Source: a virus
Reading direction: 5' to 3' (one strand)
Virus record (IMG/VR): IMGVR_UViG_3300017714_002439
DNA length: 64,000 bases
The notes beneath the pieces were generated by a model. The model searched no databases. It saw only the letters and a list, made by a program, of their open reading frames with translations, and had not been told where the DNA came from. A program made the position numbers and the translations under genes. Below are positions 49,194 through 58,293 of the stretch, piece after piece; within the stretch, counting starts at the first letter, position 1; every line of letters starts with the position of its first letter.

Positions 49194-49567
49194 TACAAGA
49201 AATGCCTATTGTAATGTTAAAGCAATGGGCTAATCCACATTATAGTCCAAACGACGATTTAGCTCTTATGCAAGATATAATGGAAAATGGGATACAAGAT
49301 CCTATTATATTAAGTATAGGTGTGTGGAGTAGGAAAGTTAGACTAGATACTGGCAATCATAGAATATACTTAGCACCACGTCTAGGAATGACACACTTAC
49401 CAGTAATGTGTAAAGTATGGAACTATTGTGCTTTTAGTAACGGCAATGGTGACCATAGTTTTGACTGCCAACATATAACAGCTAAAAAAGAATGGCTAGA
49501 AGAAGGATACTATGCCAAGCCAAGCGAAGTATTAGATATAATGACACTACTAACAAACACACTATAA
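49178..49567 (+). CDS. ParB/Srx-like domain protein
   Basis: DIMENGIQDPI..DTGNHRI. Confidence 0.6.
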   Translation: MDKNLIQEMPIVMLKQWANPHYSPNDDLALMQDIMENGIQDPIILSIGVWSRKVRLDTGNHRIYLAPRLGMTHLPVMCKVWNYCAFSNGNGDHSFDCQHITAKKEWLEEGYYAKPSEVLDIMTLLTNTL

Positions 49568-49578
49568 CGGAGATATAA

Positions 49579-50067
49579 TTGATAACGTTCAAAGACACAT
49601 ATGATAATTTTTTTAAATGGGTTAAGGGCACCGAGCTCGTAGAACTTGAGGATATAAATGTAGAAGAAGATCCTGTAAGACCTGAACTAAGTTTAGAGTG
49701 GCGTAAGTCTTTTGGCCGTAAAATTTATGGGCTAAAATATCAAGATACAATTGAAGGCATTGTTTGTGTAGCATTTACAAATGACATACCTACAACTGTA
49801 AAAGAACTAGATCTTATGAGCGAAAATTCTAATTTAAAGGACGAGTTTAATACAGCGGTAGCATATACAGTTTGGTCACGTAAACGAGGTGCAGGTAAAG
49901 AAATAATCCATAAACTAAAAGAACACTTAAAGAAGAACGACAATATCAAAACTATAGTAACACTTTCGCCATTAACACCAATGGCAACACACTTTCATAT
50001 CAAGAATGGTGCTAAATTAAAACAAATCAGTGCGGATACACAAAACTTTGAGTATAAAGTAGATTGA
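49579..50067 (+). CDS. GNAT-fold-like phage protein
   Basis: YTVWSRKRGAGKEII..FHIKNGA. Confidence 0.55.
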   Translation: MITFKDTYDNFFKWVKGTELVELEDINVEEDPVRPELSLEWRKSFGRKIYGLKYQDTIEGIVCVAFTNDIPTTVKELDLMSENSNLKDEFNTAVAYTVWSRKRGAGKEIIHKLKEHLKKNDNIKTIVTLSPLTPMATHFHIKNGAKLKQISADTQNFEYKVD

Positions 50068-50092
50068 CAAATCTACAGAAAATGTATATAAT
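50064..50092 (+). promoter_or_regulatory. Sigma70-type promoter
   Basis: TTGACA-17-TATAAT. Confidence 0.85.
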
Positions 50093-50097
50093 ATAAC

Positions 50098-50172
50098 ATG
50101 ATTAAGAAATTTATATTCCTCATAATATTATGGTTAATATTATGGTGGATATTTACATCGACACATTATTAA
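50098..50172 (+). CDS. 24-aa hydrophobic peptide, probably leaderless (not in ORF track)
   Basis: MIKKFIFLIILWLILWWIFTSTHY; ATG 6 nt after the -10 box. Confidence 0.45.
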   Translation: MIKKFIFLIILWLILWWIFTSTHY

Positions 50173-50197
50173 GAAGTGCAAGCAGAGGAGCAAACTC

Positions 50198-50407
50198 TTG
50201 ACAAAATTCGAAAAAGGTGTTAAAATAAAAGATAAACTAGCAGGCGATCATCCTATGGTAGAAGCAGTATGGGAGCCAGCAACAACAGATAGTGATAAAC
50301 TGAATAAACATAGTTTAGCAGAACTAGATGCAGTGCTTGATAAGATGATAGATATGAATCCTGAATGGAAAGCACGACTTGAACAGATTATAGAGGATAG
50401 TAAATGA
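50198..50407 (+). CDS. Small hypothetical protein
   Basis: GAGGAG SD, TTG start. Confidence 0.6.
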   Translation: MTKFEKGVKIKDKLAGDHPMVEAVWEPATTDSDKLNKHSLAELDAVLDKMIDMNPEWKARLEQIIEDSK

Positions 50408-51327
50408 AAGACTTATGGGTAGAAAAGTATAGACCAACTAATGTTGGCGAGTATGTTTTTAAAGATGATTCACAACGTAAACAAGTGCAGAACTGGATTG
50501 ACGACAAAGGCATTCCACACTTACTATTCAGTGGTAGTCCAGGCACAGGTAAAACTACACTTGCAAAAGTTCTTATTGCAGAATTAAATGTAGAGAAAGC
50601 TGATGTGTTATACATTAACGCTAGTAGAGATAATGGCGTTGAAATGATTCGTAAACGTATTAGTGCGTTTAGTGAAACTATGCCTTGGGGTGAATTTAAA
50701 GTAATTTTACTAGATGAGGCAGACCATATTAGTCCGGAGGGACAAGCGGCCTTGCGTGGAGTAATGGAACAATATCACGCAAGTGTTCGCTTTATTTTAA
50801 CATGTAACTATCCTAACATGATTATTCCTGCTTTACACAGCAGATGTCAAGGCTTTCATATTGAGGAACTTGACCACACAGATTTCACAGTGCGTGTAGG
50901 AGAGATCCTGGCACAAAATGCAGTTCAATTTGATATTGAGACCTTAGACGCAATGGTCCGTGCAAATTATCCTGACTTACGTAAAACTATTAACACAGTG
51001 CAAATGAGTATTGTGGATAATAAACTCGTGATGCCCGATGATGGTGGTAGCACAAGCGAGTGGCGATTAGCTATGGTTGAGCTATTTCGCAGTGGTAAGA
51101 TACAGGATGCACGTAAACTCATAATCAAATCTGCACGTGCTGATGAGTATAACGATATATTTACTTGGCTTTACAAAAACTTAGATCTTTATACAAAGAA
51201 TGACTTTCAATATGATAGTTGCGTATTAGCAATTAGAGAAGGCATGATCAAGCATACTCAAGTAGCAGACCCAGAGATCAATCTAAGTGCTACAATGATT
51301 GAGTTGGCTAGAACACTAAATGAGTGA
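50404..51327 (+). CDS. Sliding clamp loader small subunit (RFC/gp44-like)
   Basis: WVEKYRP, GSPGTGKT, NAS, LLDEAD, LHSRC. Confidence 0.95.
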   Translation: MKDLWVEKYRPTNVGEYVFKDDSQRKQVQNWIDDKGIPHLLFSGSPGTGKTTLAKVLIAELNVEKADVLYINASRDNGVEMIRKRISAFSETMPWGEFKVILLDEADHISPEGQAALRGVMEQYHASVRFILTCNYPNMIIPALHSRCQGFHIEELDHTDFTVRVGEILAQNAVQFDIETLDAMVRANYPDLRKTINTVQMSIVDNKLVMPDDGGSTSEWRLAMVELFRSGKIQDARKLIIKSARADEYNDIFTWLYKNLDLYTKNDFQYDSCVLAIREGMIKHTQVADPEINLSATMIELARTLNE

Positions 51328-52381
51328 TCTTAGTAATCTAATACTACAAGTTACATTTAACAATTGGAATACATATTCTTATAGTCCAAGGGTCAATACA
51401 ATAATGAGTTTCAGTGCCGACGTAGGTGCAGGTGTTGAGCCACTCTCATATATTTCACCATTCCCAAAATACTTCTATGATAAAAAAGGCAATGCTATTG
51501 ATTTAGTAGAGCAATGCAAAGAAATAGATGGTAGTAGTAATTTAGAAGCAGAACTAGTTAAAATGCTAGAAGATGTAAAAGACATAGAAGGACAGCCAAT
51601 ACTAAACAGCGATTATAATTTTACATTGCCACATTCGTTTCAATATGCACAAGCAAAAGATATTAAAGTAAGGAAAATCCACACACATTATGCAGATAGT
51701 TTATGGATGGGATTATTAGAACACAAAGCAAGAAGGTATGTATGGGATCCTGATATTGTAAATTTTACTTATAAAACTAATCTTTCAAACATTGATTTAA
51801 TGCTGAATGGATATATTGACAAACACATAGACCTAACAAACTCTGATAATTATTTAAAAACTATACTAGTTGAGATTGCTAATAGACATGGCGAATCTTT
51901 ACGTATAGAAGATGCATGCGATTACTTTTTAGACAAGCCTATTAGAATGTTAATACTAGCTGAACAAAAAGGTATAGCACATATAATAGAAAATGGATAC
52001 GAAGAATACAAAGAACATCTACAGTCTGGTTATGTAATTTCAAGGCCAACTAGACAAGAAGTTCCTAGTGTTTACTCAACAAGATTGTTTGATAACAGAT
52101 ATGTCGACAAGGCATCAGTTAGTTACGAAATGATGTGTAAACGAGCAGGCATTCGTCCTAACTTTACTTTGTTTGAACGTTGGCATGAATACAATTTTAA
52201 AGACTGTAGAACCCATGAAGATAATCTAGTAAATACTATTGTTAGACTGTCTACAGGATATGATTTCACACTAGCAAACTGGAATTATTTTCAACGGGCA
52301 GTTTTTGATTTAGGATGTAAGCAACATACAGATGAAACCAGCAATAGCATTTTTAAAAAATGGATCGATAGTCGAAGGTAG
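51320..52381 (+). CDS. Hypothetical protein
   Basis: 353 aa, no recognised motif. Confidence 0.7.
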   Translation: MSDLSNLILQVTFNNWNTYSYSPRVNTIMSFSADVGAGVEPLSYISPFPKYFYDKKGNAIDLVEQCKEIDGSSNLEAELVKMLEDVKDIEGQPILNSDYNFTLPHSFQYAQAKDIKVRKIHTHYADSLWMGLLEHKARRYVWDPDIVNFTYKTNLSNIDLMLNGYIDKHIDLTNSDNYLKTILVEIANRHGESLRIEDACDYFLDKPIRMLILAEQKGIAHIIENGYEEYKEHLQSGYVISRPTRQEVPSVYSTRLFDNRYVDKASVSYEMMCKRAGIRPNFTLFERWHEYNFKDCRTHEDNLVNTIVRLSTGYDFTLANWNYFQRAVFDLGCKQHTDETSNSIFKKWIDSRR

Positions 52382-52574
52382 AGAAGTATTTCTAGTGACT
52401 ATGCTAGGAAAAAACTTTATAGACTTAGATCTAGATACAGCAATTATCATTCCACGTGGTAATATAACCACAACAACAGCTAAATATCTAGCAGATAAAA
52501 TAGATCAAATGGTGTCTGCATACATTTTTTTAGATTCAGAAGAGGCTATGCTATTTCGTATCAAGTATACATAA
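52332..52574 (+). CDS. Small hypothetical protein
   Basis: 80 aa, ends EAMLFRIKY. Confidence 0.55.
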   Translation: MKPAIAFLKNGSIVEGREVFLVTMLGKNFIDLDLDTAIIIPRGNITTTTAKYLADKIDQMVSAYIFLDSEEAMLFRIKYT

Positions 52575-52592
52575 TCAGCCGGTAATCCTTGA

Positions 52593-52598
52593 TAAATA
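52593..52598 (+). promoter_or_regulatory. Late-promoter-like TAAATA motif
   Basis: GATAAATACT in intergenic region. Confidence 0.55.
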
Positions 52599-52652
52599 CT
52601 ACTGTAAGAAGATCATGTCTTCTTTCACTTATATTTTATCGGAAAGAGGAAG

Positions 52653-53099
52653 ATGATGAATACAAGATTTATGATATGGTGGCTTGCTGCCGTGATACAA
52701 ATTATTGGTGTAGGAATTGCAATACACTTTGGAGCAATTAAGTTTTTACTAGCCTCAGATCAAACTTATCTAAGCTTCGTTACTACTTCAATATGGGGCA
52801 TTGGAACCATTGCTATCGGATACCTTTCTTGGAAAAAAGAAACCGATTTTGATACTCCTTGGTTTATGGCCGAAAGTTGTATTAGTGTCGGAATGATAGG
52901 AACACTAATTGGATTTATGTTAATGTTAAGCAGTAGTCTTGGCAATGTAGATCCAAGTGATATTGAATCAATGAAACAAGTAATTGGTGATATGGCAACT
53001 GGCATGAGCACCGCACTTGTTACAACACTTTCAGGATTAGTATTCAGCTTATTTCTTAAGATTCAAATTACAATTCAAGAACATAAATTGGTGGATTAA
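52653..53099 (+). CDS. MotA/TolQ/ExbB proton-channel-like membrane protein
   Basis: GMIGTLIG and GMSTALVTTLSGL helices. Confidence 0.8.
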   Translation: MMNTRFMIWWLAAVIQIIGVGIAIHFGAIKFLLASDQTYLSFVTTSIWGIGTIAIGYLSWKKETDFDTPWFMAESCISVGMIGTLIGFMLMLSSSLGNVDPSDIESMKQVIGDMATGMSTALVTTLSGLVFSLFLKIQITIQEHKLVD

Positions 53100-53101
53100 A
53101 C

Positions 53102-53722
53102 ATGGCACGTAGAAGAAGTGGCAATCAGCTTGCATTTAATGACATGCTGTTTAATGTATTACTAGGCTTTGTTGTTCTGTTTGTTATTGCATTTTTGCTA
53201 ATTAATCCTATTACTAAAAAACAAGATGTGCCTTCAAAAGCAGAAGCTATGATTGTGATAGAATGGAAAGACGAAAGTTATTCTGATATTGACTTATGGC
53301 TACAGCGTGATGACAATCCTCCTGTAGGATTTAATAATAAGTCAGGACAAGGTATGAACTTAGAGCGTGATGATTTGGGTTCATCAAACGATAGAGTTTT
53401 TATAGATGGCATTGTTACAATTATTAAAAAGAATAGAGAAGTTATAAACGTTAGAGGTGTTGTTCCGGGCAATTATTATCCAAATGTTCATGCATATAAT
53501 TTCAGCGAAGCAGAACCACTTACAGTTAAATTAACAGTAATAGATGTTAATCCAGTTTATAAAGAAATATATACAATAGAAGTAGTATTAACTCAACGTG
53601 GAGATGTAGCAAGATTACCAGGATTTACTATTGACAAAGAAGGTAACATAGGAGGTGTGTTTAATCACACAAGAATTATTGTTCCTAGTAGAAAATCAGG
53701 AACAACTCCAGGAGCAAATTAA
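53102..53722 (+). CDS. ExbD/MotB-like single-TM partner with soluble domain
   Basis: LAFNDMLFNVLLGFVVLF (Asp in TM) directly after the MotA-like gene. Confidence 0.6.
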   Translation: MARRRSGNQLAFNDMLFNVLLGFVVLFVIAFLLINPITKKQDVPSKAEAMIVIEWKDESYSDIDLWLQRDDNPPVGFNNKSGQGMNLERDDLGSSNDRVFIDGIVTIIKKNREVINVRGVVPGNYYPNVHAYNFSEAEPLTVKLTVIDVNPVYKEIYTIEVVLTQRGDVARLPGFTIDKEGNIGGVFNHTRIIVPSRKSGTTPGAN

Positions 53723-53723
53723 T

Positions 53724-54323
53724 ATGCAACCCATTGAAATAATAAATCATAATCCTGCAATAGATACATGTTATCTTATATGGGACAAATATATGGAAGT
53801 TCCTAGAACCTACACTGATGTATTATTAAAAGTATCATTACTTAACGTAGAGGAACAAGGAATAGAAAATGCTTTAGTTCACCAAGACCCATGGATGCAT
53901 AAAGGTTCACTTTTTCAAAAATTAAAAGAACTTGGCTTTAAAAAAGCATTTATAGTGTTAGGTGGTGTTCATTGGAAGTTTACTGATACAATAACATATG
54001 CACAAGAATTAGACTTAGATGTTACTGTAGCTGGTTATTTTTATAACTCAGGATTTTTGAGACAACTTACTATAGTTAACATAGATAAACTTATAGAAGC
54101 TTTATCTACACACGGCAACCAAAATAGAGGCATTTACTTTAGCGACTGTATCAATAACAATGATTATAAAATACTAGATAAAAGTTTGAATGTGTTTAAA
54201 AGCTATTATCATCCAGAAGAAGATATTAACGAATGTGAAAAATTTCTAAAATGGATTAATGGCGAAGGGGAATACGAACATGAAGATATTGACTATCTTC
54301 GCAAATATGTAGGGAAAATTTAA
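53724..54323 (+). CDS. Hypothetical protein inserted in the membrane operon
   Basis: Start moved to ATG 53724. Confidence 0.6.
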   Translation: MQPIEIINHNPAIDTCYLIWDKYMEVPRTYTDVLLKVSLLNVEEQGIENALVHQDPWMHKGSLFQKLKELGFKKAFIVLGGVHWKFTDTITYAQELDLDVTVAGYFYNSGFLRQLTIVNIDKLIEALSTHGNQNRGIYFSDCINNNDYKILDKSLNVFKSYYHPEEDINECEKFLKWINGEGEYEHEDIDYLRKYVGKI

Positions 54324-55025
54324 ATGGTTTATATTGCAGCAACATTAATTTTTATAACAAGTGTAATTACACTGTATGCTCTTATTTTAAATAAGAAGAA
54401 TCCGTTGATATTATTATTTTTAATACCAGCATTATTAACATCAAGTGTATATACTGGCTACTCAATTTATGCATTACAAGGAACACCAATTCAAACAGGA
54501 TTACCAACTGATACAAAAGTTGAAATTGTATGGATGGAAGCTGCCAAACCTGATATCCGTCTATTACTACGTGTAGAAGATAATCCAGAACCTACGTATT
54601 ATGTTATAGATTATACAGATGAAAATATGAAAGAACTAAACAAAGCAATAGCTCAGGCAGCCGCATTAGGTAAAAAAGCTGTTGATGGTGAATTTAAGCA
54701 GAATGTAGGTGGAGAAGAAAAAGGTGGTGAATTCTTTTTTATGCAAACTCCAAAATCTTTTGGTCCTGTAAAAAATACTGAGTCAAAAGACCTTTCAGTT
54801 CCAAGAAGACCAAATGGTCCTATTGAAAACATGGGCGACCAAGACAATGATGATGCAATTATGTTTCCAGATGACCCATATGATGAAGAAGAAAACGAAG
54901 CATTAGAACGTAATGGAATGGGCAATGGACTTGCTAACCCTATATTTGATAATATAAGAGGATTAACTCCACATCCTGATAATACCAGTCCTTGGTGTGA
55001 TCATGACTTTGGTTGTGCTCCATAA
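54324..55025 (+). CDS. Membrane protein (two N-terminal TMs), probable third component
   Basis: Two hydrophobic helices, then a soluble domain. Confidence 0.6.
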   Translation: MVYIAATLIFITSVITLYALILNKKNPLILLFLIPALLTSSVYTGYSIYALQGTPIQTGLPTDTKVEIVWMEAAKPDIRLLLRVEDNPEPTYYVIDYTDENMKELNKAIAQAAALGKKAVDGEFKQNVGGEEKGGEFFFMQTPKSFGPVKNTESKDLSVPRRPNGPIENMGDQDNDDAIMFPDDPYDEEENEALERNGMGNGLANPIFDNIRGLTPHPDNTSPWCDHDFGCAP

Positions 55026-55030
55026 AATCA

Positions 55031-55058
55031 TTGACAAATCTAGCATATATGCTACAAT
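55031..55058 (+). promoter_or_regulatory. Sigma70-type promoter with 14-bp palindrome
   Basis: TTGACA-16-TACAAT; TAGCATATATGCTA. Confidence 0.7.
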
Positions 55059-55076
55059 AAAAGAGTTAGGATAATA

Positions 55077-55358
55077 ATGAATTTTTTAGTGAAACATCTT
55101 AAAGATGCAAAAAAAGCCAGCGGTAGTAATGAATCAATAACTATCCGTGATTACTTTAAACATGCAATTATAAGTTGCAAAGAAGGATGCCTATTAGTTT
55201 ATGCAGCCTTTGCCAGCTTTGTGCATGGTATATTTCCATGGTGGTATGGGTTTGAACTTATACAGTGGCAAATAGATATGCTTAAAAGACTAAAAAAAGG
55301 ATTACCACATTTAAAAGTTTGGGAGCAGATAGAATTTAAAGATGAAGAAGATAAGTGA
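55077..55358 (+). CDS. Hypothetical protein
   Basis: HL..YFKH..FVHGIFPW pattern. Confidence 0.6.
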   Translation: MNFLVKHLKDAKKASGSNESITIRDYFKHAIISCKEGCLLVYAAFASFVHGIFPWWYGFELIQWQIDMLKRLKKGLPHLKVWEQIEFKDEEDK

Positions 55359-55617
55359 CTTTTTTAAGAGAAGCTATGCAACAGATAGACTTGCATTTTA
55401 CGCCGAAATAGTAGAAACAACACTACTTATTATAGCAAGTGCAGTATTGAGTTTTACAATACTTGATCCTGCAACAGAAATTTTTATTCCACTATATCTA
55501 ATAGGTAGTATGCTTGCTGTATTCAGCACATATAGACGTGGAAGTAGTGCAATTGTGTTATGCAGTTGGTTTACAATTATGAACAGTTGGGCATTTATAC
55601 AGTTGTTTGTGTTATGA
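55342..55617 (+). CDS. Small membrane protein
   Basis: Three hydrophobic segments. Confidence 0.6.
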   Translation: MKKISDFFKRSYATDRLAFYAEIVETTLLIIASAVLSFTILDPATEIFIPLYLIGSMLAVFSTYRRGSSAIVLCSWFTIMNSWAFIQLFVL

Positions 55618-56039
55618 TTATAGCATTAGGAAGTGACCACGGAGGCTTTCACACAAAACAAGAAATTATCAAGTGGATCAAACAAGAAAAAATTGCAAGC
55701 CATATGGACTTTGGCACACACAGTAATGAAAGTTGTGACTATCCAGACTTTGCTAAAAGTGTATGCAACGATGTAGCTTCTGGTAAATCACACATGGGTA
55801 TTTTAATTTGTGGAACAGGCATTGGTATGAGTATGGTTGCTAATCGTAATCCACTTATACGTGCAGGCTTGTGTAAAGATGTAGAAACTGCAAAACTAAC
55901 AAGACAACATAACAATGCAAACGTATTGTGTTTAGGTGCTAGAGTAACTGATCCTTTTTGGATTATTAATATAGTTGATGCTTTTCTTAATACAGAATTT
56001 GAAGGTGGGAGACATCAAGGAAGGATAGAAAAGATATGA
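55614..56039 (+). CDS. rpiB: Ribose-5-phosphate isomerase B
   Basis: GSDHGG, DYPD, CGTGIG, HNNANVLCLG, FEGGRH. Confidence 0.95.
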   Translation: MIIALGSDHGGFHTKQEIIKWIKQEKIASHMDFGTHSNESCDYPDFAKSVCNDVASGKSHMGILICGTGIGMSMVANRNPLIRAGLCKDVETAKLTRQHNNANVLCLGARVTDPFWIINIVDAFLNTEFEGGRHQGRIEKI

Positions 56040-56452
56040 CCAAATTATTTCAACACGGAGACTTTATAAGTCATGCAGGCTTACCACTAAAGTGGAAACT
56101 AGAGTGTGATGCAATTACAGACGACGAGTGGAAGTGTCTGGCTAAAATGATTATGGACTATCAAAAAGAACCTTTTTACGAAGCAGTAGGAATACCTAGA
56201 GGTGGATTAAAACTAGCAGAAGCACTTAATGAATATGCGTCCGGTGACTCTAGAGATTTTACTTTAGTATGTGATGATGTGTTTACCACAGGAACTAGCA
56301 TGCAAGAATTTATAAAAGAAAAATATCCAAACTGGTTAATGGGTATGGGATATAGATGGGTAGTGTTTGCACGTCGACCTGCTAATGGATATCCTCATTT
56401 TACCAGAGCATTATTTACAATGCCAGAACCACCTAAGGTAAGTAATGATTAG
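56036..56452 (+). CDS. Short phosphoribosyltransferase-like protein
   Basis: FISHAG, GIPRGG, VCDDVFTTGTS. Confidence 0.7.
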   Translation: MTKLFQHGDFISHAGLPLKWKLECDAITDDEWKCLAKMIMDYQKEPFYEAVGIPRGGLKLAEALNEYASGDSRDFTLVCDDVFTTGTSMQEFIKEKYPNWLMGMGYRWVVFARRPANGYPHFTRALFTMPEPPKVSND

Positions 56453-56912
56453 AGCAATACTGGCATGTGATGAGAATTGGGGCATAGGCAAAAATGGATC
56501 ATTGCCATGGCCAGATAATAAAGCAGACATGAAATGGTTTGTTCAAACTACAAAAGGTGGTGTTGTTGTAATGGGTAGAACAACATTTGATGATCCACAT
56601 ATGCCAAAGCCGTTACCTAATAGAACAAACGTTGTTGTTACTAGTAAAGAAGCGCCTAAGGCAGATATTGTTGTTGATGTTAAAAGTGTAAAAGACTTGT
56701 TACCAACAATGGAAAATGTTTGGGTAATTGGTGGTGCAAAACTTGTAAAAGCATTAATACCAGTTATCGATGAATTTTGGTTAAGTAGAATTACAGGAAG
56801 TTATGATTGTGATACACATTTACCAAAAGATGATATAATGGAAAACTATGAACTAGTTAATACAGATACTAGTATCGATACGTTAAGTATTGAAAAATGG
56901 AGTAAACTATGA
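56445..56912 (+). CDS. folA: Dihydrofolate reductase
   Basis: GIGKNGSLPW, DMKWF, MGRTTF, LPNRTN, IGGA. Confidence 0.95.
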   Translation: MIRAILACDENWGIGKNGSLPWPDNKADMKWFVQTTKGGVVVMGRTTFDDPHMPKPLPNRTNVVVTSKEAPKADIVVDVKSVKDLLPTMENVWVIGGAKLVKALIPVIDEFWLSRITGSYDCDTHLPKDDIMENYELVNTDTSIDTLSIEKWSKL

Positions 56913-57763
56913 AAACATATTTAAATGCCCTAGGACATATCCTAGCAAATGGTAAAGTCAAAGAAGACAGAACCGGAACAGGCACAAAAGGTGTGTTTGG
57001 ATACCAAATGCACTTTGATTTAGAAAAAGGATTTCCTGCCGTAACAACTAAGACACTTGCATGGAAAAGTGTTGTAAGTGAACTATTATGGTTGTTAGAA
57101 GGTAGCACAGACGAACGTAGGCTTGCTGAAATACGCTACGGTGAACCACGTGAAGAACTAATAGGTAAGACTACTATTTGGACTGCTAATGCTGACAATC
57201 AAGGTAAAGCAATGGGATATGAGAATACAGACACTGTTAAAGAACTAGGACCAGTATACGGCAAGCAATGGCGTGACTGTGATGGCATAGATCAAATAGC
57301 AGAAATTATTGCACAAATTAAAGCTGACCCAGACAGCAGACGCATTATATTAGATTCATGGAATGTAAGTGAAATTTGTCAAATGGCACTTCCACCATGT
57401 CACACACTTGCACAATTTTATGTAGCAGAAGGCAAACTAAGTTGTCAACTGTATCAGCGTAGTGCAGATATGTTCTTAGGCGTTCCATTTAATATTGCAA
57501 GTTATAGTTTGCTTACACACATACTTGCAAGTATCACAGGACTAAAAGTAGGCGAGTTTGTATGGACAGGCGGCGACTGTCATATTTACAATAACCATAT
57601 GCCACAGGTATTACAACAAATGTCACGTAAACCTGCTAAAGCACCTATACTAACTATGCCCGAGTTTAGTTCGTTACAAGATGTGTTAAATAGTAGTATA
57701 GAGGAGTATGCACTAGTAAACTATGCACCTTTACCAACAATTAAAGCAGAGATGGCAGTATAA
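56909..57763 (+). CDS. thyA: Thymidylate synthase
   Basis: DRTGTGT, GPVYGKQWR, ALPPCH, YQRSADMFLGVPFN. Confidence 0.97.
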   Translation: MKTYLNALGHILANGKVKEDRTGTGTKGVFGYQMHFDLEKGFPAVTTKTLAWKSVVSELLWLLEGSTDERRLAEIRYGEPREELIGKTTIWTANADNQGKAMGYENTDTVKELGPVYGKQWRDCDGIDQIAEIIAQIKADPDSRRIILDSWNVSEICQMALPPCHTLAQFYVAEGKLSCQLYQRSADMFLGVPFNIASYSLLTHILASITGLKVGEFVWTGGDCHIYNNHMPQVLQQMSRKPAKAPILTMPEFSSLQDVLNSSIEEYALVNYAPLPTIKAEMAV

Positions 57764-58293
57764 TGGATAAAGAGATTAGAGACAAATACTTTGGTAATAA
57801 TTGGCACCCTAATTGGGACCATTATGACTATAGTGGCTGGGCTCTAGTTGATAAAATAGACCCAGATGAAACAATACTAGATGTTGGTTGTGGTTTTAAT
57901 TTATTCAAAGACGTATTTGGTGATAGAGTATACGGCATTGATCCTGCAAACAAAAAAGCAGATGAACTTGTAGGTATTATGGAGTTTGAAACTGACAAGC
58001 AATGGGACGTAGCATTTGCTTTAGGTAGTTTAAACTTTGGCACAGCAGAAGATGTTGAACCTCAAGTAGAAAAAACAATAAGTTTAGTTAAACCAGGCGG
58101 TCGTATTTACTGGAGGCAAAATCCAGGATTAGGTGATCACCCATGGAAAGGTGTAGAAGAAATACAGTTTTTTCCTTGGAGTATGCAACTTAATTATGAT
58201 TGGGCAGACAAATATAAATGTGTTGTAGTTGAATGCAAATGGGATGCCAACAGTGATAGAATCTATGCAGAATGGAAGAAATCAAGTGTATGA
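57763..58293 (+). CDS. Class I SAM-dependent methyltransferase
   Basis: ILDVGCG, GID, VKPGG. Confidence 0.8.
   Translation: MDKEIRDKYFGNNWHPNWDHYDYSGWALVDKIDPDETILDVGCGFNLFKDVFGDRVYGIDPANKKADELVGIMEFETDKQWDVAFALGSLNFGTAEDVEPQVEKTISLVKPGGRIYWRQNPGLGDHPWKGVEEIQFFPWSMQLNYDWADKYKCVVVECKWDANSDRIYAEWKKSSV

Noticed and set aside
52653-55025. Zorya defence system
   Set aside because: No long ZorA tail, no OmpA-like ZorB domain, and no ZorC/D/E genes.
28804-57763. Introns or inteins in polB and thyA
   Set aside because: Both are continuous and of ordinary length, with motifs at normal spacing.
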